64,000 bases of DNA from an uncultured Pseudomonadota bacterium (GTDB lineage Bacteria > Oederibacteriota > Muellerivitia > Muellerivitales > Muellerivitaceae), in the NCBI GenBank assembly GCA_963843375.1, contig CAWJKT010000008.1, forward strand, positions 181,003-245,002, read 5' to 3'. The notes under the pieces were generated by a model. It was not told the DNA's origin, ran no database searches, and was given only the letters and a program-made list of their open reading frames with translations. Within the stretch, counting starts at the first letter, position 1. Each line of letters opens with the position of its first letter. Below are positions 18,666-29,002 of the stretch, piece by piece. A program made the position numbers and the translations under genes.

Positions 18666-21478
18666 TCAATGGGCCTCAAGCCAGCTCTTGCCCACGCCCA
18701 CGTCCACCTTGAGGGGTACCTTCAGCTTCATGGCGTTTTCCATCTCGTGGAGGATCATCTTCTTGGCTTCTTCCACCTCGTCCTTGGGCGCCTCGAAGAC
18801 CAATTCGTCATGCACTTGCAACAACATGGCGGTTTCCATTTTTTTGGTTTTCAGTTTCTCATGAAGCCGCACCATGGCCACCTTGATAAGGTCCGCCGCC
18901 GAGCCCTGGATGGGCGTGTTGACCGCCATATGCTCTCCGGTTATCTTCAGGCCGATATTGGTGGAATGGATTTCGGGGATCAGCCGCTTGCGTCCCAGGA
19001 TGGTGGAGACGTAGCCTTGTTGGCGCGCTAATTCCACCATCTCGGTGGTGAATTTCTGGATGCCCGGGTACTTGGCGAAATAATCCTCGATGAATTTCTT
19101 GGCCTCGGCCATGGAAACACCATTTTCCCGGGCCAGGCGTAAGGGTCCCATGCCGTAAATGACCCCGAAGTTGATGGTTTTGGCCTGATTTCTTTGGGTG
19201 GAGGTGACCTTTTCCATTGGCGTCCCGAAGATCAGGGAGGCAGTGCGACGGTGGACATCCTCGTCGTTCTCGAAGGTCTCGATAAGGTTCGGGTCCCCGG
19301 TGATATGAGCCAGGACACGAAGCTCGATCTGGGAGTAGTCGGCGGAAATCAGCACATGCTTGGAATCCTCCGGCACGAAGGCCCCACGGATTCTGCCGGC
19401 CGAATTCGGAACGGATGGGGATGTTTTGCAGGTTGGGGTCGGTGGAGGAAAGCCGGCCCGTGGCGGCCACGACCTGGCTATAGGAGGTATGGATGCGGCC
19501 GTCTTTGGGATGGACCATTTTGGGCAAGACGTCCAGATAGGTGTTCTTCAGTTTGGAAGCATGCCGGAAATCCAGCACCATGTCGGCGATAGGAACGCCC
19601 TTGAGGGATTCCAGCACGTCCACGTCGGTGGCGTAGCCGGTCTTGGTCTTTTTGACCCGTGTCCCGGCGATCTTCTGGACCTGCATTTTCTCGAAGAGGA
19701 TCTTTCCCAATTGCAGGGGCGAGCCGATGGTGAATTCTTCGCCCGCTTCCTTGAATATCTTTTTGGTGAGCTTTTTCAGCTCCACGCCCGCCTCGTCGGA
19801 TAATTGTTTCAGGAGCTTCTCGTCCACGCAGATGCCCTTGCGCTCCATGTCCTCCAGAACCATCACCAGGGGCAGTTCCACTTCTTGGTAAAGCTTTTCC
19901 AAGCCCTCCTTTTTCAACCGGGGGGCGAAAAAGGCGTGGGTCCGGAAAGTGAAGTCCGCGTCCTCGCAGGCATATTGGGTGATGGCTTCCAGGGGGACCC
20001 TGTCCATGGTGATTTGTTTCTTGCCGCTACCGATCAAGGTCCTCGGTGGGAATCTTGGTGTAACCGAAATGCTTAAGAGCGATCGCGTCCAGGTTGTGCT
20101 GGCGGCTGGAGGAATCCAGCAGGTAGCTTTCCACCATGGTGTCGAAGGCGAAGCCCTGGGGCTCGATGCCATGGCTTTTAAAGACCGCCCAGTCGTATTT
20201 GCTGTTCTGTCCGCCCTTTTTCGATTTTCGGGTTTTCCAAAAAGGGCTTAAGGATTTTAATGAGCTTTTCTTTTTTCAGTTCCTGGTTGAAGGGTATGAA
20301 AACCGCTTCTTTTTCTTTCCAGGCCAGGGAAACCCCGACGATATCCACCGTCAGGGCATCCAGACCCGTCGTCTCGGTGTCCACCGCCACCAGCCCGGCT
20401 TTGGTCGCCTCCGCCAAGGCCTTCTCGATTTCCTCCTGGGTCAACAGGCTGCGGTATTTATCGGAAACAATCTTGAATACGGCCTGTACCGGCACCGGTT
20501 CTTCGGGTGTATCTCCCTTTTCCTTTTTAGCCTTTTTCTTTTTCTCTTTCTTTTTTTCCGGGCTTTCCAGTTTGAATTCCTGCGGGGCGCCCTTGGAGGC
20601 CGCTCCGGCATATTCCTCCACCCGGGGCATCATGCGGTTGAATTCCAATTCCCGGCAAAGTTCTCGCAGAGCCTCCAAATCCGGCTTCCCACAAACCATG
20701 TCTTCGGGCTTGTCCGTGATGGGGGTCTCGCAATCGATAGTCACCAATTCCTTTGAAAGGTCGGCCAGAGCCTTGTTCTTAGGAGGGATTCCTTCAATTT
20801 TGGCTTTTGGATCTTATCTACATTTTTAAAGAGGTTGTCCAGGGACCCGTATTCCTGGATAAGGGTCGAGGCGGTTTTCTCGCCAATGCCCGGCACCCCC
20901 GGCACGTTGTCCGAGGCATCACCCATCAGCGCCAGGACGTCGATAACCTGCTCGGGCTTCACCCCGAATTTTTCCAGCACGTCCTTCTCGTCCGCCATTT
21001 TCCAATCATCGGGCCATTTGGGCTTGTACATCTTGACCCCGGGGCCCATGAGCTGCATGAAATCCTTGTCGCCGGAGACGATGACGCTGTCGATTTTTTC
21101 TTTTTTCGCCCGCGCCACCATCGTGCCGATCACGTCATCCGCCTCATAACCCGGTTTGACCAGAATGGGCAAATTCATGGCCTTGACCATCTTCTCGATA
21201 TAAGGGAAGGACTTGGCCAGGTCGTCCGGCATCTCCTCCCGGTTGGCCTTGTATTCTTTATAGAGTTTGTGGCGGAAGGTCGGTTCCCGGGAATCGAAAA
21301 CCACCGCGAAATAATCGGGTTTTTGTTTTTCCAAGATCATCAGCAGGGTGTTCATAAAACCGAAAACCGCCGAGGTATTCAACCCCTTGGAGGTAATCCG
21401 GGGGTTTTTGATAAAGGCGAAATAGCCACGGTAGGCCACCGCCGCGCCATCGAGGAGAAATAATCTGGGTTTAGACAT
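18666..21478 (-). CDS. polA: DNA polymerase I, split by four apparent single-base indels
   Basis: 5'-3' exo (LLDG..AYR, YEADDVIGT, GDASDNVPG), 3'-5' exo (DTETTG), polymerase (TGRLSS..PNLQNIP, ADYSQIELR, AKTINFG, QVHDEL); frame changes near 20780, 20219, 20038, 19397. Confidence 0.95.
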
Positions 21479-21602
21479 TTTTCACCTTTGATTTTTTCCG
21501 GGACAAGGGGATGTATAAATTAACCGAACCGCCAAATCGGATTTCGAGTCAAAAAAATCTCGATGGCAAAGGGCATGAAGCGCCCTCCAAAAACCCGGAA
21601 AT

Positions 21603-21638
21603 AAAAAAGCCCCCCTCCATTTCAAGGAGAGAGGCTTT
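21603..21638 (-). terminator. Rho-independent terminator
   Basis: Minus strand AAAGCCTCTCTCC-loop-GGAGGGGGGCTTT running into a T tract. Confidence 0.75.
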
Positions 21639-21676
21639 ACTTTACCAACGGATATCGTTTTAAAGATACCGCAAAG

Positions 21677-21961
21677 TTAAACAGGAATTCCGTATTTCTT
21701 CTTGGCTTCCGGGGTCATGTTTTCGATATCCTCCATCAGCAGTCGGGCCCGGGTACCTTTGACGCGCTTGAGCTCTGTGTCCAGGGTTCCTTTCAGGCGA
21801 CCCCGAAGCATGTCCGAAACTTTTCTTGGAGCGTAGACATAAACATCCACTCCATCATCTTTATAACTGGAATAATCGTTGCGGATCACGGCTTGTGGGG
21901 CAAGCCTTTTCACTTCCGTTTCCAATTTTTTCGCTAATTGTTCCGCCGCGGTTTGTGTCAC
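21677..21961 (-). CDS. Hypothetical protein (94 aa)
   Basis: Strong SD GAGGAGG 7 nt before GTG 21961 (ORF track starts 22009); own promoter and terminator. Confidence 0.75.
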   Translation of the reverse strand: MTQTAAEQLAKKLETEVKRLAPQAVIRNDYSSYKDDGVDVYVYAPRKVSDMLRGRLKGTLDTELKRVKGTRARLLMEDIENMTPEAKKKYGIPV

Positions 21962-22020
21962 GGTTGGTCCTCCTCGATTAATCACGAAGGCCACGCCCTC
22001 GCTTTTCACTTTCTAAAACT

Positions 22021-22048
22021 AATTTATCATATCCCCAAAAGTTGTCAA
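22021..22048 (-). promoter_or_regulatory. Sigma70-type promoter for the 94-aa gene
   Basis: TTGACA (22048-22043), 16-nt spacer, TGnTAAATT (to 22021). Confidence 0.55.
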
Positions 22049-22905
22049 CGATACCCGGCCTTGCGAAACATATTCAAAATCCGGTCCAGGTCGTCGAGCG
22101 AATAATATTCGAAACAAACCGTCCCCTTCTGGCGCCCCTGGGTTTTAACAGTCACTTTGGTGCCCAGCCAATCGCGGAGATTTTCCTCAAGCTTGGCGAC
22201 ATTTGCATCTTTACCTTTTCCACCGGGTTTCACCTTTTTGCCGTTTCCCTTTTGCACTTGTAGCCATTTTTCAACGTCGCGGACGTTAAACCCCTGTCGC
22301 ACAATCCGCTCCGCCCATTTGTACTGTTCCTGGGGGGTTGAAAGGGAGGCTAGGACCCGAGCGTGACCCGGTGAAAGCTCTCCGGAAGCCAGCATGGCCT
22401 TGACCTCAGGCGAGAGTTTCAGGAGGCGCAGGGCGTTGGCAACGGTGGCGCGGTCCTTCCCCACCTTTTGGGCGATTTGCTCCTGGGTCATGTTGAACTC
22501 TTCTTGTAGGCGATGATAACCTTCCGCCTCTTCCAGGGGGGACAAGTCGGCACGCTGGAGGTTCTCAATAAGGGCTAGTTCAAGGGATTCCACGTCCGAG
22601 GCTTGGATCTCAACGACAGGCATGGTCAGCATGCCCAGCTTTTGCGCGGCGCGGTAGCGGCGTTCACCGGCGATAATTTCCCAGATTTCTCCTTTTTTTC
22701 GAACCACGATGGGCTGCAAGATGCCGCGTTCCTTGACCGATTGGACCAGTTCCTGAAGATCCTCAGGACGGAACAACTTGCGGGGTTGGAAAGGATTGGG
22801 CTTGATCCGGGAAACCGGGACTTGCTGGGCCGAGCCCTTTTTTTCCTCGATCAGTCTTTTGGGGATGAGGGCTTCCAGTCCGCGGCCGAGGGCTTTTTTA
22901 GCCAT
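22045..22905 (-). CDS. parB: Chromosome partitioning protein ParB
   Basis: ALGRGLEALI, PNPFQPRK, IIAGERRYRA, ALIENLQRADL, HTH. Confidence 0.97.
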   Translation of the reverse strand: MAKKALGRGLEALIPKRLIEEKKGSAQQVPVSRIKPNPFQPRKLFRPEDLQELVQSVKERGILQPIVVRKKGEIWEIIAGERRYRAAQKLGMLTMPVVEIQASDVESLELALIENLQRADLSPLEEAEGYHRLQEEFNMTQEQIAQKVGKDRATVANALRLLKLSPEVKAMLASGELSPGHARVLASLSTPQEQYKWAERIVRQGFNVRDVEKWLQVQKGNGKKVKPGGKGKDANVAKLEENLRDWLGTKVTVKTQGRQKGTVCFEYYSLDDLDRILNMFRKAGYR

Positions 22906-23659
22906 GGGTGACGATCTCCTTGGTCAGGTTTAAATAGGCTTGGGCTCCGCTGGAGCGGATATCATAAAGAATGATGGGTTTCCCAAAGGAAGGCGATTCG
23001 GAGAGTTGGACGTTCCTGGGAATGACCGTATTGTACACTTTTTCGCCAAAAAACTTGCGGACTTCTTCCGACACTTGCAGAGAGAGGCGGGTGCGTGAAT
23101 CGTGCATGGTCAGCAGCGCCCCCTCAATCTCCAGTTTGGGATTGAAGCTCTCCCGCACCCGGTCCACCGTCTCCATCAGTGAACTCAACCCCTCTAGGGC
23201 GTAATATTCGCTTTGCACAGGGATCAGGACCGAGTGGGCCGCGGTCAAGGCGTTGAGAGTCAAAAAGCCGAGGGAAGGCGGACAATCGATCAAAATATAG
23301 TGAAAGTCGGCCTCCACTTTCGCCAGAGCCTTTTTCAGCCGGATTTCCCTTTCCTCCTGGTTGACAAGTTCCACCTCGGCCCCGGTTAGGTGGCCGTTTG
23401 AAGGGACACAAAAAAGTTTTTTGAGTTCGGTAGGGCGAATGGCTTCAAGAATGTCAGCCTCCCCCATTATCACCTGATAGATATTGGGATCGCACTCGTT
23501 CTTGTCGAGACCCACCCCGCTGGTGGAGTTGCCCTGGGGATCCATATCCACTAAAAGCGTTTTCTTTTCAATTGCGGCCAGGCAAGAAGCCAGATTTACC
23601 GTGGTCGTGGTCTTGCCGACCCCGCCCTTTTGATTGGTGATGCAGATAATCCGCGCCAT
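22898..23659 (-). CDS. parA: Chromosome partitioning ATPase ParA/Soj
   Basis: NQKGGVGKTTT, DMDPQGN, DCPPSLG, PVQSEYYALEG, IPRNVQLSESPSFG. Confidence 0.97.
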   Translation of the reverse strand: MARIICITNQKGGVGKTTTTVNLASCLAAIEKKTLLVDMDPQGNSTSGVGLDKNECDPNIYQVIMGEADILEAIRPTELKKLFCVPSNGHLTGAEVELVNQEEREIRLKKALAKVEADFHYILIDCPPSLGFLTLNALTAAHSVLIPVQSEYYALEGLSSLMETVDRVRESFNPKLEIEGALLTMHDSRTRLSLQVSEEVRKFFGEKVYNTVIPRNVQLSESPSFGKPIILYDIRSSGAQAYLNLTKEIVTHG

Positions 23660-23739
23660 TTCATTCCTTTAAAATACTAAAAACTTTTGACAAAAGCCGT
23701 CTTCGCCTCTAAAACGACACGTTTTGCGGCGAAGAACCT

Positions 23740-24540
23740 TTACTGTTTACCCTTTGATTCCGTTTTTTTTCTTTGGCGTTCCAAAAGCTTACGGGTCTCC
23801 GCCAAATTTCGCGATGCCTTTTGATATTGGGGGTCCAAAGAATAGGCGGTTTCAAATTCCTTTAATCCCTTTTCATATTCTTTTTCCTGATTGAAGACCA
23901 CTCCCAAATTGTTGTGGGCGATGGCATTTTCCGAATCAGCCTCGACGGCTTTTTTCAATTGGGCTTCCGCCTCGGGCCATTTCTGCAATTGGATGTAAAC
24001 CAAGCCGAGATTATTATAAACCCAAGCCGAATCCTCCTCATAGGTCAAAGCTTTCTCGTAATTTTTCACCGCCGACTGGTAATCACCCTTGTCGAAATAA
24101 ACCGTCCCCAGGATGTTGTAGACACTTCCCGCTTCCGGGTCCAGCTTTTTAGCTTCCAGCGCCGAAGCCAGGGCCTGATCGAAAAGACCCTTAGATTGGT
24201 AAAGTCGGGCGAGGGTGGCAAAAGCGTTGGCGTTGTGCGGAGCCAGGTTTACTACGCCTTCAAATTCTGTGATGGCATCATCTGTTCGTTGGGAGTCCTT
24301 GTAAATCCGGCCCAGCAAAAGATGGACTTTTGAGTCGGAAGGTTTCTGGGTTTTCAGGAAAAGAAGGATTTTTTCTGATTTTTCGGGCTGTCCCTCATCG
24401 TAAAGTTTTTGGGCGTCCGAAAAGGTTCCCTTAACTTCGGCGGAAGGAGGCGGGACGGAAGTACAGGCAAAGGTCATCAGGGGCAATAGGCAGAAAGTTA
24501 AATAAATCCTTACTGGGGAAAAAGGGGATTCGATGACCAT
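23740..24540 (-). CDS. Tetratricopeptide repeat protein (possible lipoprotein)
   Basis: Multiple TPRs (YNILG, YNNLG, HNNLG); hydrophobic N-terminus ending TFAC. Confidence 0.88.
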   Translation of the reverse strand: MVIESPFSPVRIYLTFCLLPLMTFACTSVPPPSAEVKGTFSDAQKLYDEGQPEKSEKILLFLKTQKPSDSKVHLLLGRIYKDSQRTDDAITEFEGVVNLAPHNANAFATLARLYQSKGLFDQALASALEAKKLDPEAGSVYNILGTVYFDKGDYQSAVKNYEKALTYEEDSAWVYNNLGLVYIQLQKWPEAEAQLKKAVEADSENAIAHNNLGVVFNQEKEYEKGLKEFETAYSLDPQYQKASRNLAETRKLLERQRKKTESKGKQ

Positions 24541-24585
24541 GGGGACGTCACTATACCACTCGGGTTTTCGAACTTCTATGCGCCC

Positions 24586-25570
24586 TTACTTGGCAGGCAA
24601 TTTCCGGGGGTTTGACGATCCTTTTAACTCAATGGGCTTTAACATAAAGCAAAAAAGACCAATCAAACTGAAAAGGATAACTCCGATCAAAAGAAGCAGA
24701 AGCGAATAAGCCATGGCCTGGTCCTTGTTGATGGAGATCAGGCCGAAAAGGAAGATCAGCGCGGCCTCGCGGGTCCCCATGCCTAAAAAAGTCAGGAGCG
24801 ACACTATATTCACGACGGAAACGCAAAAGGAAAGGTAAAGAATGTTGACCGGAAGGTTCATGGCTTAGGCGATACCGTAACAGCCCCAAAAGAAGGAAAC
24901 ATAGGAAAGGAGCGAAAGCAAAATCGGCACAAGGAGAGGGCTTATAAAAAGCCTCCATTCCCTTGTGGAAATCCTCGAAAAGTTCGTCCGTTTTATCCCG
25001 GTGCTCCTGCTTCATCAGGCGTTGAAAGGCCGCCTTCAAAATAACCCCCCCGATTTTTTTATTGAAAGCCAAGAGAGTGACGACCACTAGAATGACGAAA
25101 AAAACTTTGACGGCCAATATCATTTTGAGGGAAGCCGGTCCGTAGGCATGGGGTTCAGAAGAATTCCCAATCCCCCCAGGACAAGGAGAAGATATAAATC
25201 GAAAACCCGGTCCACCAGGACGCTGGTGATGCCTTTACCGGTGGACAATTTCAAGTCTTGCTTCAGGTAAAAAACTTTGGCAAAGTCGCCCGCCCGCCCC
25301 GGAGTGAGGTTTCCCAAATACAAGGGTCGCCATATAAATGAGAAAGCTAGTCCCAAACAGGATAGGAAAGCCCCTGCATTTTCAGAAGGTAACTCCAGCG
25401 GACACCCTTTAAATAAACCATACCAATAAAAGCCAAAAGCGCCAGAAGGAGCAGCCGCCAATCGGCCGCCCTCAAGCATAGGCGATGGTATCGGCCAGGC
25501 TGATCTTCCAAAGCCGAAAAATAAGCGCAAACAAAAGTACGCCGATAACAATCGGAAGATAGCGTTTCAT
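24586..25570 (-). CDS. Lysylphosphatidylglycerol synthase TM-like / UPF0104 flippase-family protein, multiply frameshifted
   Basis: Reconstructed MKRYLPIVIG.../KGVRWSYLL/GNLTPGRAGDFAKVFYL/VLVDRVFD/LGMGTREAAL; several indels. Confidence 0.75.
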
Positions 25571-25617
25571 AAGGAGGTGAATTCCTTATTAGGATGAAGT
25601 GGATTCAAACGGGAAGA

Positions 25618-27036
25618 TTATATACGAAGCATCCTTAAACCAACCTTCGCCTTACGATAAAAATCAATCGGCGAGTGGGTGAAGGACATGTTTTTCATTA
25701 TCATCTTGGGCCTTAAGTAAAAGGACTTGTAGGCGAATTTCAAAAGGTCGATCAACTCGTCCCGGGTCATAAATTCTTCCCAAAGCTTTGGCTTGAAATC
25801 GGGCGTGGGGTTCTTGGCGAATTCCGCCCAATAATCATGATCAAAGCGACCTTCTTCAAGCGCTTTGTAATAGATCGCCGTCGCCGGGAACGGGGTTAAA
25901 ACCGAGAAATGGACAAAATCAGGATCCAGTTCCTTGGCGAAATCAATGGTGTTCAAGGCCATCTCCCGGGTCTCACCCGGATTGCCGATCATGAAGTAAG
26001 CCAGGGTCTTCATGCCATGGGCGCGGGTGGCTTTGAATATTTTCCTTACATGATCTAAGTCAAGATCCTTCAGGAGAGTTTCTAGCACCTCGGCGTTGCC
26101 GGACTCCACCCCGTAATGGATGCGGTCACAGCCGGCTGAGGCCAGTTCAGCCAGCATTTCCTCGTCCATTCGGTCGGCCCGGGCCCTGATATCAAAGGCG
26201 ATTGCCAGTTTCCGCCGCTTGATCTCCGAGCATATCTCAAAGACCCGTTTACGGTTCACATTGAAAGTATCGTCATAAATGAAAAACTCCCGAATGCCGA
26301 GTTTCAAGCAGGCTTCCATTTCATTGACAACGGCATTGGCCGAATGGCTGCGGAAACGGCGGCCCATGGTCGGCCGGTCGCAGAAAAGGCAACGGTAAGG
26401 GCAACCCCGGCTGGTGAACATGGTAGTGATGGGATTGTGTTTAGCGATAAGAGAGTAATATTTGTGGACCGGGGTTAATTCACGGGCCGGATAGGGCAAG
26501 GCGTCCAAATCTTCCACGGGTGGTGCCGGAGGATTGTCCTTGATCTGGCCGGTCACGGAATCCCGGTAAGCAAGTCCAAAAACCTTCTCAAATCCCATGG
26601 AGCCTTCCAAGACTGACAAAAGTTGAGTGAAAGCCAGTTCTCCCTCTCCCTTGATGGCAAAATCCACTTCGGGCATCGCAAGTGTCTCGCGGGCGAAAAT
26701 GTGCACATGGGGCCCGCCCATCACCACCTTACAGGCAGGATTAGCTTTTTTGGCGGCCTGGGCCACCATGCGGGCATCGATAATTGTAAAAGTAAGCGCT
26801 TGGATTCCCACCACGTCGGGATTCACCGCGCGGATTCGGTCTTCGATTTCATCCTGGGACACTTCCTCCACTTGGCAGTCAAGGACATGGATTTCGTGTG
26901 AGGTTTTGGCCTTTGCATATCCGGCGACGTAAAGTAGACCAAGCGGCGGGTTAAAACCGCGCTCCTCGTCAACTACTGACGGAATATTGGTGGTAATCAT
27001 GTGCTCAGAAGGCGGGTTAATGAATAAAACTTTCAT
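25618..27036 (-). CDS. Cobalamin-binding radical SAM protein (class B methyltransferase-like)
   Basis: PPLGLLY, VMGGPH, GEGE B12-binding domain; TSRGCPYRCLFC; YFMIGNPGET. Confidence 0.93.
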   Translation of the reverse strand: MKVLFINPPSEHMITTNIPSVVDEERGFNPPLGLLYVAGYAKAKTSHEIHVLDCQVEEVSQDEIEDRIRAVNPDVVGIQALTFTIIDARMVAQAAKKANPACKVVMGGPHVHIFARETLAMPEVDFAIKGEGELAFTQLLSVLEGSMGFEKVFGLAYRDSVTGQIKDNPPAPPVEDLDALPYPARELTPVHKYYSLIAKHNPITTMFTSRGCPYRCLFCDRPTMGRRFRSHSANAVVNEMEACLKLGIREFFIYDDTFNVNRKRVFEICSEIKRRKLAIAFDIRARADRMDEEMLAELASAGCDRIHYGVESGNAEVLETLLKDLDLDHVRKIFKATRAHGMKTLAYFMIGNPGETREMALNTIDFAKELDPDFVHFSVLTPFPATAIYYKALEEGRFDHDYWAEFAKNPTPDFKPKLWEEFMTRDELIDLLKFAYKSFYLRPKMIMKNMSFTHSPIDFYRKAKVGLRMLRI

Positions 27037-27039
27037 GGA

Positions 27040-27901
27040 TTATCTTCCTCTTTTCACGAGCAAATCCGCCAGCAGTCCAAGGGCGGCCACTTGAAGGCCC
27101 GCCACTAAAAGAAACAGGGTTCCCTCGTTCCAGGGTTGGCCTTGCAGCCGGGAGGCGATTCCCGACAACGCACCCACCACGAATATGATACCGCTTAGGG
27201 GGATAAAAATCTTTAGAGGCTTAAAATACATCACTACCCTTAAAACGAGAGAAAAGAAGTTCAGCGTGTCCTGAAAGGGCCTGATTTTCGAGGTTCCGAT
27301 CCGAGCCCCGTAAGCGATAGGATGATACTTGACAACATAACCATGACATTCCAAAGCCAGTGTGATAGTAGTCGTGAATGAAAATCCATTCGGGAATAGA
27401 CCCTCATAACGGACGGCGATGTTTTTTTTGAAAACGCGCAATCCCGAATTCAAATCCGGTATTTTCCGATCCGCCAAGTAATTGGCCCATTTCCCAAGGA
27501 GCCATTTGGGAAACCTCCGAAGCCGCGGAATCGCCGCATTAGGTTTAATCCTTGCGCCCACGACCATATCTGATGTTTCTACAAGCCGGATAAGTTCCGG
27601 AAGTTCTTCCGCGGGATAGGTTCCATCCGCATCCAACATGGCGATCAGGTTAAACCGGGCCTGACGCATTCCCGCTTTCAAGGACGCTCCATAACCCCGA
27701 TTCTCCCCCATCGAAATGACCTTGGCTCCCGCCTGACGGGCTTTTAACCCGGTTTGGTCCCTGCTTCCATCGTCCACCACCAATAGTTCATAAGGAATCC
27801 GCCCCCGATGGAGAACGCCGCTGCACTTTTCGGACGACGTCTCCCACCGCTTTTTCCTCGTTGAATGCGGGAATAATCACCGTCACGGGTTCCTTTTTCA
27901 T
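27040..27901 (-). CDS. GT2 glycosyltransferase (DPM-synthase-like), one frameshift near 27822
   Basis: VIIPAFNEE / VVDDGSRD, NRGYGA, LDADG, DLNSGLR, R.G.SK, two C-terminal TM helices. Confidence 0.88.
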
Positions 27902-28251
27902 TTCAGGTCCACTTTCATTTCGGTGTAACGAGGTTTTTCTTGAGCTGTATAAACCATGACCCGGACAGTATAGGCGCCCGGCTGGACCCAGGGCGAAAAG
28001 GGGATGGATCCGTAAAAATACCAAATCCCTTTTTTGGTGTTTTTACGAAAAATCAATTCCGGACTTCCCATAACCAGAACTGTCCCAGTGACTTTATCCG
28101 CATCCAAAGGGGCATTGATTTCCGCCAGAGCCGGCCGACCCCGAAAGAGAGGCAGGGGTGTGATTTGCAATTGCAGGGAGTTGTCTCTTATTCCAATGGA
28201 GGCGCAACCGGTCAGAAATAAAAGAAAGAGAATCGGGTAAAAAAAACGCAT
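27898..28251 (-). CDS. Hypothetical lipoprotein
   Basis: Lipobox LTGC; beta-rich body; 4-nt overlap with GT2. Confidence 0.75.
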   Translation of the reverse strand: MRFFYPILFLLFLTGCASIGIRDNSLQLQITPLPLFRGRPALAEINAPLDADKVTGTVLVMGSPELIFRKNTKKGIWYFYGSIPFSPWVQPGAYTVRVMVYTAQEKPRYTEMKVDLK

Positions 28252-28277
28252 GAATTTTCCTTGTCAGTAAGCTATCA

Positions 28278-28309
28278 AAAGGTGCTGAGTAAAACTTTTC
28301 AGCACCTTT
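28278..28309. repeat. Intergenic inverted repeat (11-bp arms)
   Basis: AAAGGTGCTGA (28278-28288) / TCAGCACCTTT (28299-28309). Confidence 0.7.
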
Positions 28310-28386
28310 GTAATTGATAAATTTGGATAAATAAAATCGGGGACATCCGATAAGAATTAGGGGCTGCGGTTGGTTTTTGGGCTATT

Positions 28387-28977
28387 TCATTTCCCAGCAG
28401 GCGCGGTATTACGGGCTTCTGGAGGAGCAGCCGCATTGGCTGCCCTCGCTGCATCCCTTTTGCTTCTAATTTCTTTGGCCTTTTCCATCATTTGTTTCTT
28501 GGCTCTTTTTTCCCTGTAATCCTCACGAGCTTCCAGGAAGGCGAAACTATTGGCTTTCAGCAACATGGTTTCGGTCAGATAAGTACCCACACCAAAATTA
28601 ATAAAAGCCGGCAAAATTGCCGACAGGGTTACCAATAACAACAACCAGAGACTGCTCGCTACTTGGGGATATCCGAGCAATGGCTTTTCCTGCAATCCCG
28701 TATAGACCACCAAGCCCATTAAAGCCACGATCACAAAAAGAAAGAAACCCAAAAGACGGAAGGTTGAGCGAATTTTTTCAAAAGTTCTCTCCAAACCCTC
28801 GGCGAATTCGGAAATGGTTTCTCCCGTTTGCTCAATAGTTTCCTTCCAACGATCATCCCACAGCAATATTTTTCGGCGAAGAATGACCCCAAACACCACG
28901 ATCACAAAAGTAATGGACGAGGTTAAAAAAGTTAAAAATATAAAACCTAAAGCCGCTCCCATCGAGTGATCCTGCAT
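28387..28977 (-). CDS. Hypothetical membrane protein (3 TM)
   Basis: Three hydrophobic segments and charged C-terminal coil; SD AAGGA. Confidence 0.75.
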   Translation of the reverse strand: MQDHSMGAALGFIFLTFLTSSITFVIVVFGVILRRKILLWDDRWKETIEQTGETISEFAEGLERTFEKIRSTFRLLGFFLFVIVALMGLVVYTGLQEKPLLGYPQVASSLWLLLLVTLSAILPAFINFGVGTYLTETMLLKANSFAFLEAREDYREKRAKKQMMEKAKEIRSKRDAARAANAAAPPEARNTAPAGK

Positions 28978-29002
28978 GTCGTCATCCTTTCAAATCATGT
29001 TA

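Noticed and set aside
22010-22030. ATG ATA AAT TAG TTT TAG in frame with the downstream gene, as a sign of TAG recoding
   Set aside because: Better explained as a promoter; TAG ends other genes normally (atpF, atpG, argJ) and a strong SD lies further downstream
22045-23659. parS sites or oriC near parAB
   Set aside because: No convincing TGTTNCACGTGAAACA-like palindrome or DnaA-box cluster found by eye
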